A stretch of DNA of 64,000 bases from positions 3,360,001-3,424,000 of the forward strand of contig OY771587.1 of the NCBI GenBank assembly GCA_963674825.1, read 5' to 3'. This document shows, piece by piece, positions 37,638 to 45,387 of the stretch; position 1 is the stretch's first letter; the number at the start of each line of letters is the position of its first letter. Position numbers and translations under genes: made by a program. The stretch comes from Candidatus Cloacimonadales bacterium. Lineage in GTDB: Bacteria > Cloacimonadota > Cloacimonadia > Cloacimonadales > JAIOQZ01. The notes beneath the pieces are model-generated. The model did no database searches, was not told the origin of the DNA, and saw nothing but the letters and a program-made list of their open reading frames with translations.

Positions 37638-39779
37638 TTAGAATGTCTCTTCCAGGAAGATACCTGTTTCCCAGTTGGTGCCGGGTTCAGGCTGCCCCAA
37701 GTCGATTTCATAGCGCTCGTCGAGTAGATTGTTGACTTTCAAGTAAAAAGCGGGGGAGGGGAGCTTCCAGTGTTCAAGCTTCAGCAGGTAGCGCGATTCT
37801 GCGTCCAGTGTTTCGTAAGCCGAAATCGCTCCAATAAGGTTATCTTGCGTTGTGTAACGTTCGCCGACACGATTCCAGGTAACGCCGATTTGCGCATTCC
37901 ATTGCTGCAGGGTGATTCCAAGGCGGGTGATGGAAAGTGGGACGCCTGGAACAAATTTACCGTCATGATCGCTCCCACTGGAGTCTTTAGAGGACGTTCT
38001 CTGCCAACTGGCGCTTAGCGATAAAAAAGGAGTCGGGCTGGCTGATAGATCTATCTGGAAGTTTCTCACAGTCGCGGAGCCGATGTTGTCCGGTTTCCAA
38101 TTGGTTACCGATTTGTGCCAGAAAATCAGGTCGTCCACTTTCTGGTCGCTCCATTGCGAATCGAGCTGGAGGATGTCGTTCCACCAGATCGATCCCGAGA
38201 TGGTGTAACCGAGGCTTCGTTCCGGCTTCAGATCGGGATTTCCCATCGCCTGGCCGCCACCTTTCCAGTAGAGGTCATAGATAGACGGAAGCGAGAAGCC
38301 GTTACCGTAATCACCGCCAAGCGAAAATCCCAGTTCTCTGATCCATTTCCACTGCGCGCCTACTTTCCAGCTATGGAAGGCGTCATTGCCGACGCTGTCG
38401 GTGTGGACGTGATCGTAACGATAATCCACGTTGGTCGTCAGCTCATGCTCATTAATTTCTGTCTGTGCGGAAAACTGCACATGAGGTGCGATGGATGTCT
38501 GGCGGATTGGGTCGACATCATTCAGATCGGAAAGGATGTCATCGTATCGATATTCTTGTGTACGCCAGGTAAATGAAGGGATAAGATTCATAAAAGACAT
38601 TAGATTGATACTCGTAATCTGGTCTACACCATAGGAATAATAGTTGTTTTTACCCTTTGCTATCGAAAGGCTCGAACTGGACCCCGTGTTGTCATAGAGC
38701 GTGTAATCCCGATTCCAGTGTGAGACCAGCCGAAACTGAGCATCGCCGATCTCCTTGTCCAGATCGAGGAACATACGAGCGGAGTTGCCATGTAGATGCG
38801 CGTCGTCGTACGCACTTAGCATACTATAGCGGCCAATCATCTGCTTGCTGAACTCGCGGTACATGATCTGTAGCCGGTTTCGAATCGGCAGGAAGAAGAA
38901 TTCCTGAGTCAGGCCGAAATCGCTGCTCGAGATGGCGTTGTTGGGATTGGTCTCAGTATCACCCTGCTGTGTCTCGTACTCGAAATCAGCGCGGTTGTAA
39001 AGTCGGTTGAAGCTGAGATCGGTCTTGCTGAATCGATTCCATACAGACAGATCAACGCGATTTTTCTGGAGGTTGTACGATCCTAACGCCTGCTGTGTCA
39101 GTACCTTAATATGAATATCTGGCGACTGGATGGTGTCGCGCCGCGTGACCACATTGATGATCCCACCGATAGCGCCACTGCCGGCGATCGCGCCTGCATT
39201 ACCCTCAATAATCTCGATCCGTTCGATCATGGAAGATGGGATGGTGGAGAGGTCGAACGCGTTCCCAGGTGTGCTGACTACAACGCCATCGATCATTACG
39301 GCTGTGTGTTTGGTGCGCTGGCCTTGCAAAGATAGATAACGGCTTTCGCCGGGCAGGCTACCTCCCTGAAGATAGATGCCCGTTTCCTGACCCACCACTG
39401 AAGCGGCGTCGCTGGCGGTTTCTTCCACAAGGATTGTTCTTTTACCAGCGTAGTCGGGGAGATGCGACGAATAACGTTCCTCGCGAACTTCTATTCCTTC
39501 GATGGCGATCGTATCGCGATCCAGAACAATACGTGGGTTCTCGAAAATCTGTTGTGCTGAGCGCGATGTCTTGCGATAGCCGATTTTTTGAAAGGTCAGG
39601 GAATCGCAGGCTGTGTCGAGCTGAAAACGGCCTCTGGCATCCGTGTAAACGCCAGTTTTACCGCAGAAAACGGAGACGCTCTCGATGGCTTTACCGTCCG
39701 GATCCACAACATAGCCACGGATAGCGATGATGGGCAGGATGAACGCAAGGAGGATGACGGTGGTCAGAAGGCGTTTCAT
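37638..39779 (-). CDS. TonB-dependent outer-membrane receptor (BtuB-like)
   Basis: N-terminal carboxypeptidase-regulatory-like domain; plug 'IERIEIIEG...GSGAIGGIINVVT'; 'GNPDLKPE'; 'VNNLLDERY'; C-terminal Phe. Confidence 0.88.
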   Translation of the reverse strand: MKRLLTTVILLAFILPIIAIRGYVVDPDGKAIESVSVFCGKTGVYTDARGRFQLDTACDSLTFQKIGYRKTSRSAQQIFENPRIVLDRDTIAIEGIEVREERYSSHLPDYAGKRTILVEETASDAASVVGQETGIYLQGGSLPGESRYLSLQGQRTKHTAVMIDGVVVSTPGNAFDLSTIPSSMIERIEIIEGNAGAIAGSGAIGGIINVVTRRDTIQSPDIHIKVLTQQALGSYNLQKNRVDLSVWNRFSKTDLSFNRLYNRADFEYETQQGDTETNPNNAISSSDFGLTQEFFFLPIRNRLQIMYREFSKQMIGRYSMLSAYDDAHLHGNSARMFLDLDKEIGDAQFRLVSHWNRDYTLYDNTGSSSSLSIAKGKNNYYSYGVDQITSINLMSFMNLIPSFTWRTQEYRYDDILSDLNDVDPIRQTSIAPHVQFSAQTEINEHELTTNVDYRYDHVHTDSVGNDAFHSWKVGAQWKWIRELGFSLGGDYGNGFSLPSIYDLYWKGGGQAMGNPDLKPERSLGYTISGSIWWNDILQLDSQWSDQKVDDLIFWHKSVTNWKPDNIGSATVRNFQIDLSASPTPFLSLSASWQRTSSKDSSGSDHDGKFVPGVPLSITRLGITLQQWNAQIGVTWNRVGERYTTQDNLIGAISAYETLDAESRYLLKLEHWKLPSPAFYLKVNNLLDERYEIDLGQPEPGTNWETGIFLEETF

Positions 39780-40549
39780 GAGGGATAGACAATCATTGGA
39801 CGGCCGGTGTGAGGATTGGTCACCAGCGGAATTCTTGTTCCGAAAAGGAGTTGCAGATTGCTTTCGTTGATTACTTCGTCAGGTGATCCGTCAGCGACCA
39901 ACGCACCAGCTTTCATCATCACCACGCGGGGACAATAACTTGCAGCGAGGTTGATGTTGTGAGAGACCATAATCACCATTTTACCCTGCTCTCGATTGAC
40001 CGAGCGAATTAATTCCATGATCTCGAGTTGGTGGTTGATATCCAGGTGAGAGAAGCTTTCGTCCATCAAGATCGTGCGTGTGTCTTGGGCAAGAGCTCTT
40101 GCGATAGAGACACGCTGCTGCTCGCCGCCGCTGAGTTGTGAAAACGGTGTTTCCCGATGCGACGTCAGGTCAAGCTGCTCCAGTATTGCCTCAACGACCT
40201 CCATATCCTTCTTTGAGTAGTCTTTCCATGCGTCGAGATATGGGAATCTTCCCATCTGTACGATATCTTCTACTGTGTAATCGAACTGTAGATGGAAGTC
40301 TTGCGGTATGAGTGCGATTTCGCGGGAGAGCTGTTTTCGGGTAAGCTGATCGGTATCTTTGCCGTCGAGTAAGATTTTACCGCTCTGAAGCTGAAGGAAG
40401 CGGATGATCGTCTTGAGGAGTGTTGATTTACCGCAGCCGTTAGGACCAATCAACGCACAGAAGTCACCCTCGGCGAACCGGACGCTAAGCCCGTCGATGA
40501 CGGTTTTCTCCGGGTAGCCTGCACGGATATTCTTCAGCTCGATATACAT
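39776..40549 (-). CDS. ABC ATPase, iron-siderophore/cobalamin (FecE/BtuD) type
   Basis: GPNGCGKS, 'MGRFPY', LSGGEQQRV, 'DE..SHLDINHQ', 'HNINLA'. Confidence 0.9.
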   Translation of the reverse strand: MYIELKNIRAGYPEKTVIDGLSVRFAEGDFCALIGPNGCGKSTLLKTIIRFLQLQSGKILLDGKDTDQLTRKQLSREIALIPQDFHLQFDYTVEDIVQMGRFPYLDAWKDYSKKDMEVVEAILEQLDLTSHRETPFSQLSGGEQQRVSIARALAQDTRTILMDESFSHLDINHQLEIMELIRSVNREQGKMVIMVSHNINLAASYCPRVVMMKAGALVADGSPDEVINESNLQLLFGTRIPLVTNPHTGRPMIVYPS

Positions 40550-40552
40550 GAA

Positions 40553-41527
40553 TTATGCCGTTTTTTTATTATGCTTCAAATACCACTGACAGGTACGACC
40601 AATTTCTTTTTCGATCGTGTGTTGCTGAACGTAGCCGGCTTTGCGTATTTTCTCGCCAAGGAAGTGGGTAGCCGTGTTAAGTTTGTACATTCGATCACTG
40701 TTTATCGGCAAGTCTTTATTCAGCACCTTGCTGAGAACGTCAAACACCTTTCCGATGGCTAATGCGAATCCGTAAGGGATCCGTATTGCCGGATATCGGA
40801 AACCCTTGTTCGAGCCTATGATTTCCATCAGCTGATGCACAGTGACATAGGGTTTATCGATGCAGTTGTAGATCTCAAGGCCTGGCTTGAGATGATCAAT
40901 CGCGAAGAGGATCATGTCGATCAGGTTCGAGAGCGAGACCATCGATTTGACATGGTTGCCACTGCCGATGGTGACCCAAGGGCGACGGTGTAACATATCG
41001 ATGAGATTGTACATGTTGGCGTAGTTATATGGTCCGTAGATGATCGATGGGCGAAGGAAGATCACTTCGCGTTGCGGAATGGCTTCCAGCCACTTGCGGA
41101 CGGCTTTTTCGCCTTCCAGCTTGGATGCGCCGTAGGGGTGATTGGGATTGAGGGCTCCTGTTTCATCCGTGGGCTCGGAAGGATGTCCGTGGACACCGAC
41201 AGTGCTGATGTAGATCATCTTCTTGACGCTCTTTGCCCAATCGCAAAGTTCCTCGGTAGCCTTCTGATTATTGAGGTAATATTCGTCTTCGGTAAGCCCG
41301 AAATCGTGCTTTTCGGCTGCACAATGGATGATAAGGTCAAGGCTTGACTCATCAATCCGATTGAGCTCGTCGCGCTTGAGAAGATTTCCAAGAACGGTTG
41401 CCGGGTGCGATTCGATCATGCATTCGCTTTTCTTATCGATTCCAACCACATCGTGACCGAGTTTTTCCAGTTCCCACATGAGTCGTGAGCCAACGAATCC
41501 GGTTGAGCCAGTAATCAGTATTTTCAT
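40553..41527 (-). CDS. NAD-dependent epimerase/dehydratase (extended SDR)
   Basis: 'ITGSTGFVG', 'IHCAA', 'YGASK' (YxxxK), 'RPSIIYGP'. Confidence 0.9.
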   Translation of the reverse strand: MKILITGSTGFVGSRLMWELEKLGHDVVGIDKKSECMIESHPATVLGNLLKRDELNRIDESSLDLIIHCAAEKHDFGLTEDEYYLNNQKATEELCDWAKSVKKMIYISTVGVHGHPSEPTDETGALNPNHPYGASKLEGEKAVRKWLEAIPQREVIFLRPSIIYGPYNYANMYNLIDMLHRRPWVTIGSGNHVKSMVSLSNLIDMILFAIDHLKPGLEIYNCIDKPYVTVHQLMEIIGSNKGFRYPAIRIPYGFALAIGKVFDVLSKVLNKDLPINSDRMYKLNTATHFLGEKIRKAGYVQQHTIEKEIGRTCQWYLKHNKKTA

Positions 41528-41607
41528 TTTTCGCCTTCTGTTTGATTAATGTGCGTCATCATGAGCAGTTGTATTTTCCTGTCAATCCCCCAGTCGATTA
41601 ATCATAT

Positions 41608-42159
41608 TTATTCACTAATCTCGCTGAATTTCTCCACCTGGAAGATAAATAGCTCGGTATTAGGGTCTTTGTAAGCGTTGGCGGGAAGTCCTGCTTTATG
41701 AGCGCATAGACTCATAAGGAAGGTCTCCGTATCCCATCCGGTTTCCGTGGCTACCTGCGGTAGATAAACCCCGCTGGAAAAGCCTTTTCGTACCCAGACG
41801 CCATCGATTCCCATGCGGATATCCTGCCAGTCGTCGATGCGTTGCATAGGGCTAAGTACCGAAATTTCAATGGTGATCTGATCCAGTTCGTTCGCGGTGA
41901 CTGCCGGGAAGCGTGGATCGTTGAACGCAGCGCTTGCGGCCATTTCCGAAACAGCAAGGTAGAGCGGTTCCCGGGCGATCATCATCCCAATACATCCACG
42001 CAGGTTATCGCGTTTATTCAGGGTGACGAACACGGCGCGTTCGGCGATTAGATCGTTGTCGCTTGGTTTCTCCGGTTGAAGCTTCTTACCGGTCTTCAGG
42101 TAGGTTTCGATGCTGGTTCGAGCCAGCTTTAAAAGGTAGTCCCTCTGTTGTTCGTTCAT
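41608..42159 (-). CDS. AMMECR1-domain protein (AmmeMemoRadiSam protein A-like)
   Basis: 'VFVTL...LRGCIG', 'AAFNDPRF', 'EISVLSP', 'YLPQVA', 'KAGL'. Confidence 0.92.
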   Translation of the reverse strand: MNEQQRDYLLKLARTSIETYLKTGKKLQPEKPSDNDLIAERAVFVTLNKRDNLRGCIGMMIAREPLYLAVSEMAASAAFNDPRFPAVTANELDQITIEISVLSPMQRIDDWQDIRMGIDGVWVRKGFSSGVYLPQVATETGWDTETFLMSLCAHKAGLPANAYKDPNTELFIFQVEKFSEISE

Positions 42160-42282
42160 GGTGTACCTCCAACAGCATATCCTGCAAGAGGGTGTTGGTT
42201 GATCAAGCTTTTTCTTTGTGAAATCATCTTCTAAATGTTGATTTCATGGGTTGTGTATAATTGGAGAAGAATTGGGATAGTG

Positions 42283-42534
42283 ATGCCAAGCTGGGGCTTG
42301 GCGCTCCAAGAGGAATGTAGGCGCTGATGCTTCGACTCTTGAGGGATTCAAGTTTGGGCTTCGCAAAACTCACGGCTCAGCATGACACAGCAGCGTTTTC
42401 TCAGGCTCGCAATCGTTTCACACGAGATTCGAATTTGAATGCAAATTCACAGACGTTTGCGTACCCAAGGCTGCTGTAGGGGCAGACCACTGTGTCTGTC
42501 CTCTCTAATGCGGATCTGGAACTCTGCGTACCCA
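42283..42534. repeat. island of five concatenated short palindromic (REP-like) elements
   Basis: GCCAAGC-TGGG-GCTTGGC (42285-42302); GATGCTTCGACT...GCTCAGCATGACA (42326-42387); GCAATCGTTT...AGACGTTTGCGTACCCA (42409-42467); GTAGGGGCAGAC..GTCTGTCC (42476-42501); GCGGATCTGGAACTCTGCGTACCCA (42510-42534). Confidence 0.75.
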
Positions 42535-42560
42535 ATTGTCGTGAGAAGGAATCGTGCGGG

Positions 42561-43151
42561 TTAGAAAGAATAGCCGAGAAGCACCGAGTAGGCGATGTTC
42601 TTCAGCTCGACTTCCTCATCGTAGAACGGTGTAAGCGCTTGTTCGTATCGCAGGTCAATGGAGTAGCGACCCCAGTTGATGCCGTTTCCGAGGATCACGC
42701 CAAATTCAAAGTCTTCCACGTTGTCGAGGTTCTCAGTATCGCCGTCGTAGATGTGCTTTGCTGTAAGATTGTAGGCACCGTACGTGCCAGCGCTGAGATA
42801 GGGGATGATATTACCGATACGGAAATCCATTCTGACCATGACAGGAAGTTGCAGGTAGGTCAGCTCGTAGCGTTCTTTGGGGCTTGTATTCGATGAGGGA
42901 ATTTTACTTCCGCGGTTTGTGTATAGTAACTCGGCCTGTACGCCCCAACCGAATTCCTGAAAGAGTTCGGCGCGGTAATCGACATAAAAACCGCCGGCGA
43001 AGCTATATACATTGCGGTCATCGATATCTGGATCGCTGCCGATTTCCGTCATCAATCCCCCCAAAAGCGCTCCTGTGCGTAATTCAGCCGCGTTTGCAGC
43101 CATCATTATGCACAGGAACGCCAGGGCCAATATCGTTGATTTTCTCATCAT
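42561..43151 (-). CDS. outer-membrane beta-barrel protein (porin/PorT-like family)
   Basis: Signal peptide; 'QAELLYTNRG', 'YLQLPV', 'DLRY', C-terminal 'LGYSF'. Confidence 0.85.
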   Translation of the reverse strand: MMRKSTILALAFLCIMMAANAAELRTGALLGGLMTEIGSDPDIDDRNVYSFAGGFYVDYRAELFQEFGWGVQAELLYTNRGSKIPSSNTSPKERYELTYLQLPVMVRMDFRIGNIIPYLSAGTYGAYNLTAKHIYDGDTENLDNVEDFEFGVILGNGINWGRYSIDLRYEQALTPFYDEEVELKNIAYSVLLGYSF

Positions 43152-43777
43152 GATTTCTGCATGTTGACTTGGACTTCTTTCACTTCGTCGAATTTTTCCA
43201 GGTGTTCTGTGATCTCTTCCACCACGTTGTCGCGGTGCGGATCGAAGCTGGGAATATCAAGATCGACGATCGCGACGCCGTTATCGAATCCGGCGTATTT
43301 GACCATTTTCAGGGTCACGATATCCTCTCCAACCTTGGGGTAAATGACCTTCTTAAGCTCTTCCAGGATCGAATCCTTGCTGAACTTTTCCGCGTCACTC
43401 AGATTGTGTTCCACTTCGTATTGCTTGATAGCTTTTCGAAGTGTATCCACTGCCAGCACGGAGCAATGCATCTTCTGGGGCGGAAGACCATCGAGCGTTT
43501 CAGCGGCTTCTTTCCACGTGATGTTCTTGGCTTCGTTCAGCGATTTGCCCAATGCCATATCGGTTATGATCGACGCGGTTGCGATGTTGGATGCACAGCC
43601 GTAGGATTGGAACTTGATATCCTCAATTTTATTGTTCTCGGGATTCACTTTCAGGTAAAGCGTCACCTGGTCACCGCATGCGGGGCTTCCCTCGGTCGCG
43701 ATTACGTCGGCATTATCCATTTTCCCGATGTTGTGCGGGTTCATGAAATGATCAAGTACTTTCTGAGAATACTGCAT
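43148..43777 (-). CDS. iscU: IscU/NifU-type Fe-S scaffold with C-terminal DUF59-like domain
   Basis: 'YSQKVLDHFMNPHNIG', 'PACGD', 'GCA', 'LPPQKMHCS'; extension 'LKKVIYP..GEDIV.L.MV'. Confidence 0.88.
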   Translation of the reverse strand: MQYSQKVLDHFMNPHNIGKMDNADVIATEGSPACGDQVTLYLKVNPENNKIEDIKFQSYGCASNIATASIITDMALGKSLNEAKNITWKEAAETLDGLPPQKMHCSVLAVDTLRKAIKQYEVEHNLSDAEKFSKDSILEELKKVIYPKVGEDIVTLKMVKYAGFDNGVAIVDLDIPSFDPHRDNVVEEITEHLEKFDEVKEVQVNMQKS

Positions 43778-43805
43778 GTTAACCTCTCATACGCTTGAGT
43801 TTACG

Positions 43806-44969
43806 CTACGCATTATATAGCGGACTTCGCGCTCGAAGCGTAGCGACTACTTTTTCCAGCGCGTCCACTGTTTTGTCAATCTCTTCTTCGGTGGTATAGC
43901 GACTAACCGTCATCTTCATCGAGCCGTGCGACTGCTCGTGCGTCCTTCCGATACCCATCAGGATGTAGTTCGCCTTGAGACCCTGCGACGCACAAGCGCT
44001 GCCGGTCTGCATGGCGATACCTTGCATATCAAGCATCATCATGATCGCTTCACCCTCGATGAAAAGGAAGCTTATGTTGCAGTTGTGAGCGATGCGCCCT
44101 TTGTCTCTCGGGCCGTTGATCATGATATGCGGAATGCGTGCTTGAATCTGGTCGAAAAGCCGGTCGCGCATCCGTTTCATGTGCGCGATGTTCTCGTCCA
44201 AATTGCCAATCGCAAGTTCCGCAGCTTTCGCGAATCCAGCCATGGCATACACCGGGATCATGCCTGTCTCGAGATTATCGACACGAGCGATACCGTGCGT
44301 GACCTGCGCTAACCGTGTACCCTTTCTGACATACAGCGCGCCGATTCCCTGCGGTCCGTGTATCTTGTGGGCCGAAAAAGACATCAGATCGACAGCAGGA
44401 TTGTTCACGTCAATGGGCATCTTCCCATACGCCTGGCCGGCATCGACGATCAGCCCGACTTTCTGCGGAGCCTGATCGAGGATTGCACGAATTTTGTCCA
44501 GTGGTTGAACGGTGCCGGTTACGTGGTTGGCGAGTGTGGTCAGGAACATGATCGTATCGGGCCGAATGGCGTCTTTAAGCTCTTCCAGATCGATAAACGC
44601 TTCTTCGTCCGCCGGGAGGTAGGTGACTTCGAAGCCGTTCTCATCGAGGAATGCTGCATTGGTCAGGATGTCCGGGTAATCGACGATCGAGCAGATGATG
44701 TGCCTGCCGCGATTGGCGTTGGCTACAGCATAGCCCTTGATGGCGATGTTGTTCGCCGAGGTGCCGCCGCGGGTAAAATGAAGTTCGGCATCGTCGGCAT
44801 TGATGGTCTGCGCGATGGTGTGCTTGAATGCCGCGATGTCGGATTGTATCTCTTCGCCATGCTGCACGAAGTTATCGGGCAACCAGAACTTTTCCGTCAG
44901 GTATGGTTGCATGGCTTCGATGACTTCCGGTGCTGGCCGGGATGTCATACAATTCTTCAAGTATATCAT
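43806..44969 (-). CDS. iscS: cysteine desulfurase (IscS/NifS family, divergent)
   Basis: 'DAGQ', PLP Lys in 'SAHKIHGPQG', catalytic 'GSACAS'; adjacent to iscU. Confidence 0.85.
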   Translation of the reverse strand: MIYLKNCMTSRPAPEVIEAMQPYLTEKFWLPDNFVQHGEEIQSDIAAFKHTIAQTINADDAELHFTRGGTSANNIAIKGYAVANANRGRHIICSIVDYPDILTNAAFLDENGFEVTYLPADEEAFIDLEELKDAIRPDTIMFLTTLANHVTGTVQPLDKIRAILDQAPQKVGLIVDAGQAYGKMPIDVNNPAVDLMSFSAHKIHGPQGIGALYVRKGTRLAQVTHGIARVDNLETGMIPVYAMAGFAKAAELAIGNLDENIAHMKRMRDRLFDQIQARIPHIMINGPRDKGRIAHNCNISFLFIEGEAIMMMLDMQGIAMQTGSACASQGLKANYILMGIGRTHEQSHGSMKMTVSRYTTEEEIDKTVDALEKVVATLRARSPLYNA

Positions 44970-45137
44970 TTTCGTATCCTTTACGTTTTGATTACAAGTT
45001 TCTTATTCCATTTCGGTGATGCAAGAGATTTCTCAACCGCATCATGATAATATATCAAAAAAGCAGTCCAGACCAGAAGTTTTTCCCAAAAATTGCCTTC
45101 GAAGGATGTGTTGAGTCATTAGATCAGTGAATAATTT

Positions 45138-45387
45138 CCCTGGGTACGCAGACGTCTTTGAAGAGAGGGCAATCACTGTGGATTGCCCCTATAGCTCTCC
45201 CTGGTACGCAGAACTCCAGCTTTGTATTCTCTTGTCTCTAACCTTCTCCCGCTTGCGGGAGAGGGTCGGTTCGACGAAGGAGAACCGGGGTGAGGGAGAA
45301 AAGAGGTATTTGAATTCCACTTTCGCTATTTCGCTACGCGAAAGGCTTTCGTTCGACGATTTCGTTTCCGCTACGCGAAAGCCGAAA
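45138..45387. repeat. second island of concatenated palindromic elements
   Basis: CCCTGGGTACGCAGACGTCT (45138); GGGCAATC..GATTGCCCCTAT (45167-45192); CTGGTACGCAGAACTCCAGC (45201); CCTTCTCCCGC-TT-GCGGGAGAGGG..GGGTGAGGG (45242-45296); CGCTACGCGAAAG twice (45332, 45369). Confidence 0.75.

Noticed and set aside
42283..45387. CRISPR array or integron attC cassettes
   Set aside because: Repeats are heterogeneous, lack regular spacers and clear RYYYAAC/GTTRRRY ends; no cas or intI gene.
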